This document shows positions 1 to 9,721 of a stretch of DNA of 64,000 nt, piece after piece. The notes under the pieces are model-generated. The model searched no databases. It worked only from the letters and a program-made list of their open reading frames with translations, and was not told the DNA's origin. The DNA comes from an uncultured Sulfolobales archaeon (GTDB taxonomy: Archaea > Thermoproteota > Thermoprotei_A > Sulfolobales > NBVN01): contig CALEDH010000008.1 in assembly GCA_937949785.1 (NCBI GenBank), positions 170,028-234,027 of the forward strand, written 5' to 3'. The position numbers and the translations under genes were made by a program. Position 1 is the first letter of the stretch, and each line of letters begins with the position of its first letter.

Positions 1-185
1 CCTTGTTAAACTTAGCGAAAGGTAAGCAGGTTTTAAATATAGACCTCCGAAGTATTTAATCTCTAAATAGAGTATTAAGGATTTAAGCAGTTTTAAATCT
101 CTACTAGTTTATTTAAGGTATGATTTGATGCTTAATAGAATTTAAAATTTTTATAGTAATCAGTGAGTAGGAGTGAGGAGATTTC

Positions 186-1244
186 ATGACTGAAGTAAGG
201 AAAGTTCAGAAATTCGGTAAGTCAACTTTAATGGTATCACTACCTGCTGGCTGGGTTAAAGGTATTGGCCTGAAATCCGGGGATGTTATCGGTATTGAAG
301 TCCTTGATGACGGTTCTTTAAGGATGGCGCCATTAGAAGTTCTGAATAAGGAGAAGGAGAAAGCTGTGAGGATAGTTCTTTGGGAGGAAGGTAATGAAGA
401 CCTACTTACGAGGTCTCTATACGGGTTTTACCTCCTAGGATATGATAGGATCATGGTGCAATCATCTGAAGGATTCCTATCTAGTAGTTATTTAAAGTGT
501 GTGAGGAACGCTATTAAGAATTTCATAGGTGTTGAGATAGTTGAGCACACACCTGAAAGTGTTACGATACACATATTCATAGATCCCTCTAAGTATTCTG
601 CCTTACTACTTATTGAGAGGATGGTGAATATCGTTAAGCTAATGATCCAGCATATAGAGGCGTCAATTCGTAATAAGCAATTAGGAATTCTTGAGGAGGT
701 CGTCGAACTGGAGGGTGAGTTAGACAGATTATACGGGCTTACTGTGAGGCAGCTCGTACTTGCGCAGGATAGTAAGAGCCAAGCCAAACATTTAGGAATT
801 AAAACATCCTTAATAACTGAGTACAGGTCTATTGTTAAGTCATTAGAGGACATAGGTGATTCGCTGGCTCAGATAGCCTTAATGCTATCGGAGATGAGTG
901 CTCAAGTACTTAACAATTTAAACATGCATAAAGAGGTCTTCAAGGAGTGCATGGATACCTTATCATTAATCGTTGAGAGGGTTCTAAAGGTGTTGGAAGG
1001 GCCTGATGTCTACCTATCAAACAGCGTTTTAAACCTAATTAACGAATTTAATAAGCATTTAAGTAAGTATAAGTTAATAATCTTTAAATCATTAGGTCTT
1101 GACGAGACCTACGTAGCTGTACGTGATATCATAGATAAGTTAAGCATTGTCAGTAAAAGACTTGAGGATGTGGCTGAAATAGTGTTTGATATCTCCATCG
1201 AGAGGTCCGGTCTGGAAATAGATTTAAGGAAAACTCAGTACTAG
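186..1244 (+). CDS. AbrB/SpoVT-type DNA-binding domain fused to PhoU-like helical repeats (phosphate-uptake-regulator-like transcription factor)
   Basis: The N-terminus 'VQKFGKSTLMVSLPAGWVKGIGLKSGDVIGIEV' is a typical swapped-hairpin AbrB/SpoVT motif. The remaining ~280 aa is helical and PhoU-like. A TATA-like 'aatttttatag' and a GGAG-rich stretch lie just upstream. Confidence 0.6.
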   Translation: MTEVRKVQKFGKSTLMVSLPAGWVKGIGLKSGDVIGIEVLDDGSLRMAPLEVLNKEKEKAVRIVLWEEGNEDLLTRSLYGFYLLGYDRIMVQSSEGFLSSSYLKCVRNAIKNFIGVEIVEHTPESVTIHIFIDPSKYSALLLIERMVNIVKLMIQHIEASIRNKQLGILEEVVELEGELDRLYGLTVRQLVLAQDSKSQAKHLGIKTSLITEYRSIVKSLEDIGDSLAQIALMLSEMSAQVLNNLNMHKEVFKECMDTLSLIVERVLKVLEGPDVYLSNSVLNLINEFNKHLSKYKLIIFKSLGLDETYVAVRDIIDKLSIVSKRLEDVAEIVFDISIERSGLEIDLRKTQY

Positions 1245-1261
1245 TTTAAGTGGTCTTAACC

Positions 1262-2527
1262 ATGTATACCTCTAGAATTGCTGGTTTCTACAAGTTAGGG
1301 GTTGATGAGAGGGCTAAGATCGTTAAGGAACTTGCTGGGTTAACAGATGATGAGTTAAACCTACTTAAGACCAGCAAAATAGGTTTAAGCATAGCGGATA
1401 GGATGATTGAGAACGTTATTGGGACGTTAGAACTGCCTTTAGGAATAGCTACTAATTTCTTGATTAACGGTAAGGACTATTTAATCCCCATGGCTATTGA
1501 GGAGCCGTCTGTAGTTGCAGCAGCATCTAATGCTGCTAGGATGTGTAGGGAGGGAGGTGGTTTACATGCCTTCAGCGCTGAACCACTTATGATCTCGCAG
1601 ATACAGTTAGTAGGTGTTACATCACCTCATACAGCTGCTGTGAAAGTCCTTCAAAACAAGGATGAAATCCTTAGAATAGCCAATGAGAAAGACCCGGTCT
1701 TAAATAGCTTAGGGGGAGGGGCTAAAGACCTAGAGGTTAGGGTTGTTCAGAGCCCTGTAGGACCTATGGTTGTAACCCATTTAATCGTCGACGTTAAAGA
1801 CGCTATGGGGGCAAACGTAGTGAACACCATGGCGGAGGCCGTAGCGCCGTTCATAGAGAATTTAACAGGGGGTAAAGTCCTTCTGAGAATAGTCTCAAAC
1901 CTAGCTGATAAGAGATTAGTGAGGGTGTGGACCAAGGTCCCTAAAGATGTTGTAGGAGGTGCTGAAGTGGTTGATGGGATAGTCTATGCATGGGCTCTCG
2001 CAGCTTCAGACCCGTATAGAGCTGCTACCCATAATAAGGGTATAATGAACGGTGTTGTGGCTGTAGGGCTGGCGACAGGTCAGGACATACGTGCATTGGA
2101 AGCAGGTGCGCATGCATACGCAGCTAGATTTGGCAGATATGCTGCCCTATCAACCTGGGAGAAAGATGAAGAAGGAGATCTGATAGGATATTTGGAGATG
2201 CCTATGGCTGTAGGGGTAGTTGGAGGTGCTACTAGGGTGAACCCAATAGCTAAGATATCGCTGAAGATATTAGGTGTTAAGACTGCTAAGGAGTTAGCCG
2301 AGGTAATGGGGTCTGTAGGCTTAGCTCAGAACTTAGCTGCTTTGAGAGCGCTTGTAAGCGAGGGAATTCAGAAAGGCCATATGAAACTACATGCTAGGCA
2401 GATAGCAATATCAGTAGGTGCTCAGGGGGAGGAAGTAGATAAGGTAGTTAGTGAGATGATCAGAGACGGTATTATAAGAATTGATAGGGCTAAGGAAATA
2501 CTAAGCAGATTGAGAACCGGGTATTGA
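1262..2527 (+). CDS. hmgA: Hydroxymethylglutaryl-CoA reductase, class II (Pseudomonas mevalonii-type)
   Basis: Near full-length colinearity with class II HMGR motifs: 'ENVIGTLELPLG', 'EEPSVVAAAS', 'DAMGANVVNTMAE', 'ATHNKGIMNG', 'GHMKLHAR'. The ORF track starts at GTG 1250; ATG 1262 (MYTSRIAGF...) aligns better with family N-termini. Confidence 0.9.
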   Translation: MYTSRIAGFYKLGVDERAKIVKELAGLTDDELNLLKTSKIGLSIADRMIENVIGTLELPLGIATNFLINGKDYLIPMAIEEPSVVAAASNAARMCREGGGLHAFSAEPLMISQIQLVGVTSPHTAAVKVLQNKDEILRIANEKDPVLNSLGGGAKDLEVRVVQSPVGPMVVTHLIVDVKDAMGANVVNTMAEAVAPFIENLTGGKVLLRIVSNLADKRLVRVWTKVPKDVVGGAEVVDGIVYAWALAASDPYRAATHNKGIMNGVVAVGLATGQDIRALEAGAHAYAARFGRYAALSTWEKDEEGDLIGYLEMPMAVGVVGGATRVNPIAKISLKILGVKTAKELAEVMGSVGLAQNLAALRALVSEGIQKGHMKLHARQIAISVGAQGEEVDKVVSEMIRDGIIRIDRAKEILSRLRTGY

Positions 2528-2714
2528 ATTACGATAGATTACACCCTATAATTAGGGATGGGGGTCTACGAACCCTACAATAGCCTTGAAATTAGCACTA
2601 CTAGCGAAGACCGCGGTTTCCATGCTTTCAAGGAAGACTTAAATAGTTTTAATGAGTTTACGTATTCTAGAACCAGGTAGTTGTCAGCATAACTGCGTGT
2701 TTCAGGTTAAGACC

Positions 2715-3677
2715 CTAAGATACGGTACGATTTTGTAGGAACTTCTTATATTTATCGATTGATAGGGTTTCCTCAGCCCTCACGTTGCGGAGCGTAGCTA
2801 GGTATGTGGTAGTCAGCCCTGCTATATGTGATCCTTGGAGTATTTTAGTGAGTAGGTCATCACCTAACGGTTTTAGAACGTACGTCTTTACCCCTAATTC
2901 CTTCAGATAATTTATTGCGAATTCTATTGTTGGGTCATCATCCCATATAACTAAAGCTCTGATAATATCTATGTTTACAGGTCTTTCCCATCCAACAATA
3001 TCGTTATGCGCCCACTCAGGTATTATCTCTACCTTAGCCATCATCTTAGAGTTTTCATTTAATTCATCTTTAAACCTAAGTGCTAGGGGGTAGTAGTTAA
3101 AGTTTGATATTATCACTGGTATTGAGTCCTTTAGGAAGTAAGAAAGTTCTCTTGAGGTAGCCGCGGTTACATCTTTAAATGTGAGAACTCCGATTAACTT
3201 ATTCAGGTCCTCATACACGTTAACTCCGTAGGTGTTTAAGACCTTAATAGTTGCTATCAGTAATTGTGGGAAGGCAGCCCTAGGCAGTAAGCCCTTATCA
3301 ACTACTACGTGGGGTAGACCTCTCTCCTTAGCTATCTCTACTAACTTACCGCCAGACGATACTACGCAGACCTCAGCGCCTAAATTTAATGACTTTATGA
3401 CGGTATTTAAGGTCTCTAAGGTGTTACCGGAATAGCTAATACTGCATACTAAGGTGTTTGAGTTAACCCAACCAGGTGGTTGGAAATCCTTAACTATAGT
3501 TATAGGTATCTTAGATTTCCTATATAGTGCTGTGTATATGGTATCGCATACTATTCCTGAACCACCCATCCCAGTAAGCACTAACCTCTCAAAATCCTTA
3601 GTCCGCGGCGATCCGGAAACCTCATAGTTGAGTACGCTTAAAGATAGTTCATACCAATTAAGGTAGGTGTTTTCCAT
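2715..3677 (-). CDS. Bifunctional phosphoglucose/phosphomannose isomerase (SIS domain, crenarchaeal PGI/PMI type)
   Basis: SIS motifs 'GMGGSGI' and 'SYSGNTLETL'. The ~320 aa length and overall pattern are typical of Aeropyrum/Pyrobaculum-type PGI/PMI. Confidence 0.7.
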   Translation of the reverse strand: MENTYLNWYELSLSVLNYEVSGSPRTKDFERLVLTGMGGSGIVCDTIYTALYRKSKIPITIVKDFQPPGWVNSNTLVCSISYSGNTLETLNTVIKSLNLGAEVCVVSSGGKLVEIAKERGLPHVVVDKGLLPRAAFPQLLIATIKVLNTYGVNVYEDLNKLIGVLTFKDVTAATSRELSYFLKDSIPVIISNFNYYPLALRFKDELNENSKMMAKVEIIPEWAHNDIVGWERPVNIDIIRALVIWDDDPTIEFAINYLKELGVKTYVLKPLGDDLLTKILQGSHIAGLTTTYLATLRNVRAEETLSIDKYKKFLQNRTVS

Positions 3678-3734
3678 GTCAAGAACTACCTGACTTCTAA
3701 TCGATGATGGTTAAGAATATAGGTTGTTGAGGTC

Positions 3735-4205
3735 TTAATCAACCCTCACCTTAGTAGTAGTTACTTTTTGTTTTACAACGCCTAAAGCCAATGCTACTCC
3801 GTAGATTATTGATTCCGGCTTTGGAGGACAACCTGGGATCTTAATCGTAGGTGGTTCAACTATCCCGTACTCCTCCTTTAAGATTCTATACAGTTCGTTG
3901 AGGCCGCCGATTGTTGAGTAGGTATCATACCAGATACCACCTCCACATGCGCATGAGCCTAACGCTATGACTAACTTAGGTTCTGGAACAGCTGTTAAGG
4001 CCTCAATAACTTTAGGCAATGTCTCCCTAGTTATAGGGCCTGTTAGGAGTAGTGCATCAGCATGTCTAGGTGATGCTACTAACTTAATCCCAAACCTCTC
4101 AACATCGTGGTAGGGGGTTAGTACGTCAAGTATCTCTATATCGCATGAGTTGCAACTACCTGTATTTAGGTGGAAAACCCAAATGCTCTTACCGTATACG
4201 CTCAT
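3735..4205 (-). CDS. Group 4 [NiFe]-hydrogenase small subunit (HycG/NuoB-like)
   Basis: Proximal-cluster cysteines are present in 'GSCNSCDIE', 'GSCACGGG' and 'PGCPP'. It overlaps the upstream ferredoxin subunit gene by 4 nt. Confidence 0.85.
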   Translation of the reverse strand: MSVYGKSIWVFHLNTGSCNSCDIEILDVLTPYHDVERFGIKLVASPRHADALLLTGPITRETLPKVIEALTAVPEPKLVIALGSCACGGGIWYDTYSTIGGLNELYRILKEEYGIVEPPTIKIPGCPPKPESIIYGVALALGVVKQKVTTTKVRVD

Positions 4206-4717
4206 CTCATAGCACCTGCAGACCTTATTATCGAGTTAACGTTATTTCGTCTCCTACAGTCCGGGCATAGGTTGATGTTCTCTAAAACCTCCTCATAAAT
4301 TTTTCCGGATACATGGGTAAGATGTCTTGAAGTTGTGAACGGTTTACCACATACTGGGCAGTTAGTAAGTCTGATCTCGATGATGTAGACTACTTCGTCC
4401 TTGTAGGCTAGTTCGAATTCCTTACTCATCTTAATGGCTGATGTTGGGCATACGTCAGCACATCTACCGCAGAATATGCATTTACCAACTCGGTACTCCA
4501 GCCTTCTAACACCTTCGTTAACATCCTCTACCACCCTTATAGCATCTGGAGTGCATACGTTAGCACATGCTGTACAACCCATACACTTACTTGGGTCGAA
4601 TTCCGGTAACCCTCTAAACGCTTCAGGAACTTCTACCCTCTCAAAGGGGTATTTCTTAGTTACCACACCTACCTCTAACGATGTTTTAATCCATGACAGT
4701 CTACTCAAGGCTTCCAC
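4202..4717 (-). CDS. 2x[4Fe-4S] ferredoxin subunit of hydrogenase (HycF/NuoI-like)
   Basis: Two CxxCxxCxxxCP motifs ('CMGCTACANVCTP', 'CIFCGRCADVCPT') plus a C-terminal Cys-rich tail. It is overlapped on both sides by hydrogenase genes. Confidence 0.8.
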   Translation of the reverse strand: MEALSRLSWIKTSLEVGVVTKKYPFERVEVPEAFRGLPEFDPSKCMGCTACANVCTPDAIRVVEDVNEGVRRLEYRVGKCIFCGRCADVCPTSAIKMSKEFELAYKDEVVYIIEIRLTNCPVCGKPFTTSRHLTHVSGKIYEEVLENINLCPDCRRRNNVNSIIRSAGAMR

Positions 4718-6354
4718 CCATTAGCTAGGGCTTTAAGACTTACTTTAAACTTCCTACCATTGCTGATATCAACAACTAGTAATCTATCCGTACAGGAGAA
4801 GCATGGGTCTACGCTAGCAATAGTTAGCGGTGCATCACTTAGCGGACACTCATATAGCATGGTCTTCAATGCGGGGATGTTATTATACGAAGGTGCCCTA
4901 ACCTTCCATCTGTAGACCTTGCTGTACTTACCCGTTAGGACGTAGTGGACATCCTCACCTCTAGGAGCTTCAACACCGCTGAAACCCTCCCTATACTCCG
5001 GAACCTCGATATCCTCAGCTAGTATCGGCCCGCCAGGCATTCTATCAATTAAATCCTCAACTATCTTAATGCTTTCGTAGACCTCCTCAACTCTTACCAT
5101 AAGCCTAGACATGTTGTCACCCTCACTAAATGTTGGGATATCGAAAGACACCTCCCCATACGCTGCGTATGGGTGGTCAACACGTACATCACGTTTAAGT
5201 TTTGAAGCCCTTGCCACAGGACCTACTACTCCGTAACTCACAGCATCAGGGCTTGGTAAGACCCCACTACCTTCAAGACGTTTAGTAAGTTCTCTTATAG
5301 CTATTAAACCGTTGACGAACTTACTATAATCTTCCTTAACTTTCTTAAGGATTTTAAAGACCTTCTCCGCAGAGTCCTTACTCACATCCCTCCTAACACC
5401 GCCTACTAAGTTAAGGCCGTAGTTCTTCCTATTACCTGTGAGGGCTTCAGCTAAGTTCATAATGGGTTCCCTAATCCGCCATGCATGCATAAACCCCGTA
5501 TCAAAGCCTAGGACATGGCATGCAACACCTAACCAAAGTAGGTGGCTATGCAGTCTCTCAACTTCCAATATTAAAGACCTTATGTATAGAGCTCTTTCAG
5601 GTACGTTAATCTTCGCCGCACCTTCAACGGCTTGGCAGTAGCAAACATTATGTACAAATCCGCATATACCGCATATCCTCTCAGCTACGAAAGGTACTTG
5701 ATTGTACGTAAGTCTTGACTCACCTAACTTCTCAATACCTCTATGTACGTGGAAACCCCTATACTCAACATCTACTACTGTCTCACCCTTAACATGTAGT
5801 TCGAAATACTCAGGCTCATGTAGTAGTGGGTGGTAGGGTCCGTAAGGCAGTGTGACAACGTCTTCAGACCTAGTCGGTACGTAACATGTAGAACTACTGG
5901 GCTGCGGCCTGCTCTGATAGTTAAACTCCTTTCTAAGAGGGGCCACACCATCAGGCCATACATCAGGTAGTATTAACTTACGGAGGTCAGGGTGGTTTAA
6001 AATATTAATACCTAGTAAGTCTTTTACCTCACGCTCACCCCAATTAGCTCCCTTAACGATAGGTGTTATTGAAGGTACTTCAGGTAATTCAGGTCTTAAC
6101 CTAACCCTAACTAGTAAGTATGTCTTCATAGAATCTAAGCTGAAGACATATATGCTGTGGAAGAAGCCGTCTAATTTACGGGCGTCATTCCCTACTATAA
6201 CCGTATATATCCCGCCTAACTCATCTGTGATCGCCTTAACTACATCTGCTAGATGCTCATGCTTCACATCCACTATGATATGCTTACCGTCAACTACCTT
6301 ATAACTATCTATTTTACCACTTAATACTCCTAACACCGTCCTCGCAGCTTCCAT
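4705..6354 (-). CDS. Group 4 [NiFe]-hydrogenase large subunit, fused NuoC-like + NuoD-like (HycE-like)
   Basis: N-terminal Ni-Fe ligand motif 'RICGICGFVH' and C-terminal 'DPCFSCTDR', followed by a 25-aa HycE-like pro-peptide tail. An N-terminal ~150 aa NuoC-like domain is present. Confidence 0.9.
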   Translation of the reverse strand: MEAARTVLGVLSGKIDSYKVVDGKHIIVDVKHEHLADVVKAITDELGGIYTVIVGNDARKLDGFFHSIYVFSLDSMKTYLLVRVRLRPELPEVPSITPIVKGANWGEREVKDLLGINILNHPDLRKLILPDVWPDGVAPLRKEFNYQSRPQPSSSTCYVPTRSEDVVTLPYGPYHPLLHEPEYFELHVKGETVVDVEYRGFHVHRGIEKLGESRLTYNQVPFVAERICGICGFVHNVCYCQAVEGAAKINVPERALYIRSLILEVERLHSHLLWLGVACHVLGFDTGFMHAWRIREPIMNLAEALTGNRKNYGLNLVGGVRRDVSKDSAEKVFKILKKVKEDYSKFVNGLIAIRELTKRLEGSGVLPSPDAVSYGVVGPVARASKLKRDVRVDHPYAAYGEVSFDIPTFSEGDNMSRLMVRVEEVYESIKIVEDLIDRMPGGPILAEDIEVPEYREGFSGVEAPRGEDVHYVLTGKYSKVYRWKVRAPSYNNIPALKTMLYECPLSDAPLTIASVDPCFSCTDRLLVVDISNGRKFKVSLKALANGWKP

Positions 6355-6387
6355 ACCACCACCATATATAATATTACTTAGCTGGTA

Positions 6388-7320
6388 TTAAAATCCAGCC
6401 ATAGCTAATATTAGTGCGAGGAGAGGTATGAGTGTGTACTTCCTAACAGACTCAATAGCGTGTTTAACCCTGTACCTACCATGAATAGCCGAGATCATGC
6501 CTAATAGTAAATATACTGAGGCGCTTAACGATATTGTTAGGAACGTGTTTACAGCATATTTAAATACCTCAACGCTTACTAATGAGGTCACCGTAGATAC
6601 TATCGGGCCGAACGCTACTAACACGAATAGCGATGAAACTAAGAACCTTCTAATTAAATTGCTTAGGATTAAGAACGCGAGTAAGGGGCCGCTGTACTCA
6701 AGCATATAGCCTGAGGCTATTTCAGGTTCTGCCTCAGCTATGTCGTAGGGTGTCCTAGCAGATTTTATGAATGCGTAGTAGAGGAGTGAGATACATGCGA
6801 ATAACATTGACGGCAGTAGTACTAGGTTAGTTGAAATGTTATATAGGCTTAAACTGCTATGCCTTAACGCTATTGCAGCTATGCTAATACCTAAGAAGAG
6901 TTCTGATGCTAGGATAAGTGATAGCTCCCTACTAGAACTTACCTCAGCGAATGGGTTTCCAGACGCGGAGCCTCCGAGGAGCGAGATCGTCGACGAGAAA
7001 ACGATTAAGTAGATAAGTAGTATTAGATCTCCTTCAAAGTTTAATATGCTGCTTAAGGTGTAAGGCAGTATTGAAATAGCTATTAAGTTGGTGATGAGGC
7101 TTATGGGTGGTGCTAGGAGGAATAATTCGGAGGCTGTAGAAGGTATGAGTAACTCCTTCTTAATGAGCTTAACTAAATCGTAGTATGTTTGAAGTACGGG
7201 GGGGCCGACCCTACTCTGAATCTTAGCTCTTACGAACTTACGTTCCACTCCGTCGAGAAGAGGTGTTAGTAGGACTACCAAACCAGCTATTAGTATGACT
7301 GCTAAGTATTGGATGACCAC
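6388..7320 (-). CDS. Hydrogenase membrane subunit (HycD/NuoH-like)
   Basis: A 310-aa polytopic membrane protein of about 8 TM with a NuoH/HycD-like pattern ('RKFVRAKIQSRVGPP'). It sits between the antiporter-like and large-subunit genes. Confidence 0.75.
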   Translation of the reverse strand: MVIQYLAVILIAGLVVLLTPLLDGVERKFVRAKIQSRVGPPVLQTYYDLVKLIKKELLIPSTASELFLLAPPISLITNLIAISILPYTLSSILNFEGDLILLIYLIVFSSTISLLGGSASGNPFAEVSSSRELSLILASELFLGISIAAIALRHSSLSLYNISTNLVLLPSMLFACISLLYYAFIKSARTPYDIAEAEPEIASGYMLEYSGPLLAFLILSNLIRRFLVSSLFVLVAFGPIVSTVTSLVSVEVFKYAVNTFLTISLSASVYLLLGMISAIHGRYRVKHAIESVRKYTLIPLLALILAMAGF

Positions 7321-7332
7321 TTAATCCACACC

Positions 7333-9249
7333 TCATATAATTAAAATAAACGCCAGCGCTACCACCACTGCTAAGAAGATACTTACAGTTACTAACGCTG
7401 TGTATAGGTAGGTATCTACTATATCATAAGTCTTAACTAGCCTCATAAAGTACTTGGTCAGAGGATCTATGATTAACCTATAGATGAGGTATCTTAACTC
7501 ATAACTGAGACTATAGGTATCCTCAAACTCGGTGTAGTATGAATGCGCATATAGGCCTAACCTCTCAGGCAGTAATTCCTTAGTGCCGAAAGTCCATAGA
7601 GACGTAAGTTTAACCCTACGCTTCCTTATTAAGTATGTAGTTATGAGCGATGAGATTAGAATGCCGATTACTATTAAGGCGAAGATCTGTAGCGCTGAAA
7701 TAACCTCAGACATTATAATGTTGGCACGGCTTACATCATACGTAACTACGTTATTAACCACCGAAGCTATGACGTTGAAAGGTATGTAGAAGAAAATCCC
7801 TAGTAGCAGGCATAGAGAGGCTAGTAGAATTTCAGCTAATACCATAGGTAGCGGTACCTCCCTAACCTCACCTAAGGTTATGTTACTTGGGTTGGATATG
7901 AAAGCTCTTGATATGTATTTGAAGAAGCTTGCTAAAGTTAACGCGCTGACGAATATTGCAATTGCTGCGTATAAGATGAGTATTGGATGCCCTGAAATAA
8001 GGAGTGATAGTATTATAAGCCACTTACTTACGAATCCGTTTAGCGGGGGTATGCCCGAGATGGCTAGCGACCCTATCAGCCCTGAAGCATATGTTACCGG
8101 CATTACCTTGGCTAGACCGCCTAAAACGTTTAAATCCCTACTACCAGTTCTGTATATTAAGCTTCCGGCAGTCAGGAAGAGTAATCCCTTAAAGATAGCG
8201 TGATTTAATGTGTGGAAAAGCCCTGCAGTCAACGCGATGAAGCCTAAGTAATTAGGATGTAGTGTTAGACCCCCTCCAATGCCTAGGAATATATAACCTA
8301 TTTGAGCAATACTAGAATAAGCCATTAACCTCTTAGAATCTGTTTGGATTAACGCCATTAAGTTGCCGTAAGCAGCTGACATAAGTCCTAAGGAGGCAAG
8401 TATTAAACCTAGAACGTAGTAGTTAAGACTTAATAATAATATCGAAAATCTTACAATACCGTAAACAGCGGTCTTAATCATAAACCCGCTTAAAAGAGCT
8501 GAAATATTTGAAGGCGCTTCTGGGTGGGCGTCAGGCAACCAACTATGCATAGGTACTAAAGCAGCTTTAATACCGAAGCCTATTAACAGTAACGTGATGA
8601 TTGAGTATTGAGTTATAGGTTCTAAGCTTAGAGACCTTAACGCTGCAAAACTAGTAGAACCGCTGATGACGTAGGTAAGTATTAACGCCATTATTAGTAG
8701 GCCTGAGCCAAGGTATGACATCAATATATATTTTAGTGCAGCCCTCCGCGCTACCTCATTAGCTCTTTCAAATGAGATGAGGAAGAACGCAGCAACGCTC
8801 ATTAACTCCCAAGAAATTATAAATAGGATTACATCATTGCTTATGAGGACTAAGTACATGGATAGTAAGAATAGGGGGTAGGACGTTGAGTACGACCTTA
8901 AACTATCAAAACCTGAGTAACGTTTAATGTAGGAAATACCGTAAATAGTAGATGCTAGGCTAATAATACCTAGAACTAAAATGAAGAAAGCAGATAGCAT
9001 ATCAATACCTAGGTTAAGAATTCCTGAAAATGGTTGTGAGAACCTTACAAGCGGTTGGAGCCAAATATTTAAACCGCCTGAGGTTAGGAATGTGGCAGAC
9101 ACATATATCATCAGGGCACTGGCTATGGTTGACAGAGATGATGTTATGTAGAGTGATGTAACGCTTCCGAAGATCGGAGAAATAAAACAGCTTAACAACA
9201 GCAAGTATATCGGTAGTAATGCCTCATTTAAAGCTGTAGTCAGAGCCAA
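7333..9249 (-). CDS. Hydrogenase antiporter-like membrane subunit (HycC/HyfB/NuoL-like, proton-conducting PF00361-type)
   Basis: A 638-aa protein with at least 14 TM and NuoL/M/N-family motifs ('WLPDAHPEAPSNISALLSG', 'LMAYSSIAQIGYI', 'HTLNHAIFKGLLFL'). It is the first gene of the hydrogenase cluster. Confidence 0.8.
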   Translation of the reverse strand: MALTTALNEALLPIYLLLLSCFISPIFGSVTSLYITSSLSTIASALMIYVSATFLTSGGLNIWLQPLVRFSQPFSGILNLGIDMLSAFFILVLGIISLASTIYGISYIKRYSGFDSLRSYSTSYPLFLLSMYLVLISNDVILFIISWELMSVAAFFLISFERANEVARRAALKYILMSYLGSGLLIMALILTYVISGSTSFAALRSLSLEPITQYSIITLLLIGFGIKAALVPMHSWLPDAHPEAPSNISALLSGFMIKTAVYGIVRFSILLLSLNYYVLGLILASLGLMSAAYGNLMALIQTDSKRLMAYSSIAQIGYIFLGIGGGLTLHPNYLGFIALTAGLFHTLNHAIFKGLLFLTAGSLIYRTGSRDLNVLGGLAKVMPVTYASGLIGSLAISGIPPLNGFVSKWLIILSLLISGHPILILYAAIAIFVSALTLASFFKYISRAFISNPSNITLGEVREVPLPMVLAEILLASLCLLLGIFFYIPFNVIASVVNNVVTYDVSRANIIMSEVISALQIFALIVIGILISSLITTYLIRKRRVKLTSLWTFGTKELLPERLGLYAHSYYTEFEDTYSLSYELRYLIYRLIIDPLTKYFMRLVKTYDIVDTYLYTALVTVSIFLAVVVALAFILII

Positions 9250-9318
9250 CTATGATTACCGTAGAGAATTACTAAAGTTAGAGTATAATAAACTTTACAT
9301 ATGTGATGAATTTTAATA

Positions 9319-9705
9319 TTGGCAAATATAGTAGTAATAGGTAATGTTTTGGAATTAAGAGATGTTGAAGAACCTCTATGGATAAAGGAGATGATTAAAA
9401 GTCTTAATAGGTTATTCGAGGTAGGAGAGTTAAGAGGTAAGCCTAAGGGTGTTTTAATTTACAACAAACTACCTCAGTATTTATGGAGTGTGTGGGGCGA
9501 TGAGTTAAAAAGACTTAATATTACGTGGCAAGACTTCCTGAAGATAATAAGTAAGAATTCTGACTTAATAGTTGATTGGGCTGTAAGGGAGGCAGTAGGT
9601 TGGGAGAAACTACTTAACGGTTTGAGGGAATCTATAATTTCTCAAAGTAGGGTGGTGGTGAGGCGGAAAAGCCTTACCCTAGATAGATTCTTGGAGAGGT
9701 ATTAG
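9319..9705 (+). CDS. Hypothetical protein
   Basis: The only evidence is the ORF itself (128 aa, TTG start), divergent from the hydrogenase operon. I recognise no motif. Confidence 0.3.
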   Translation: MANIVVIGNVLELRDVEEPLWIKEMIKSLNRLFEVGELRGKPKGVLIYNKLPQYLWSVWGDELKRLNITWQDFLKIISKNSDLIVDWAVREAVGWEKLLNGLRESIISQSRVVVRRKSLTLDRFLERY

Positions 9706-9721
9706 CCGTCTTCTAATTTTA

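Noticed and set aside
2584-2633. An 8-bp inverted repeat, 'ccttgaaa' ... 'tttcaagg', enclosing 34 nt in the convergent gap between hmgA and pgi. A 'cccta-taat-taggg' hairpin also sits at ~2544-2557.
   Set aside because: These are consistent with bidirectional terminator-type structures between convergent genes. They have no conserved sRNA boxes and nothing else to suggest an independent RNA gene.
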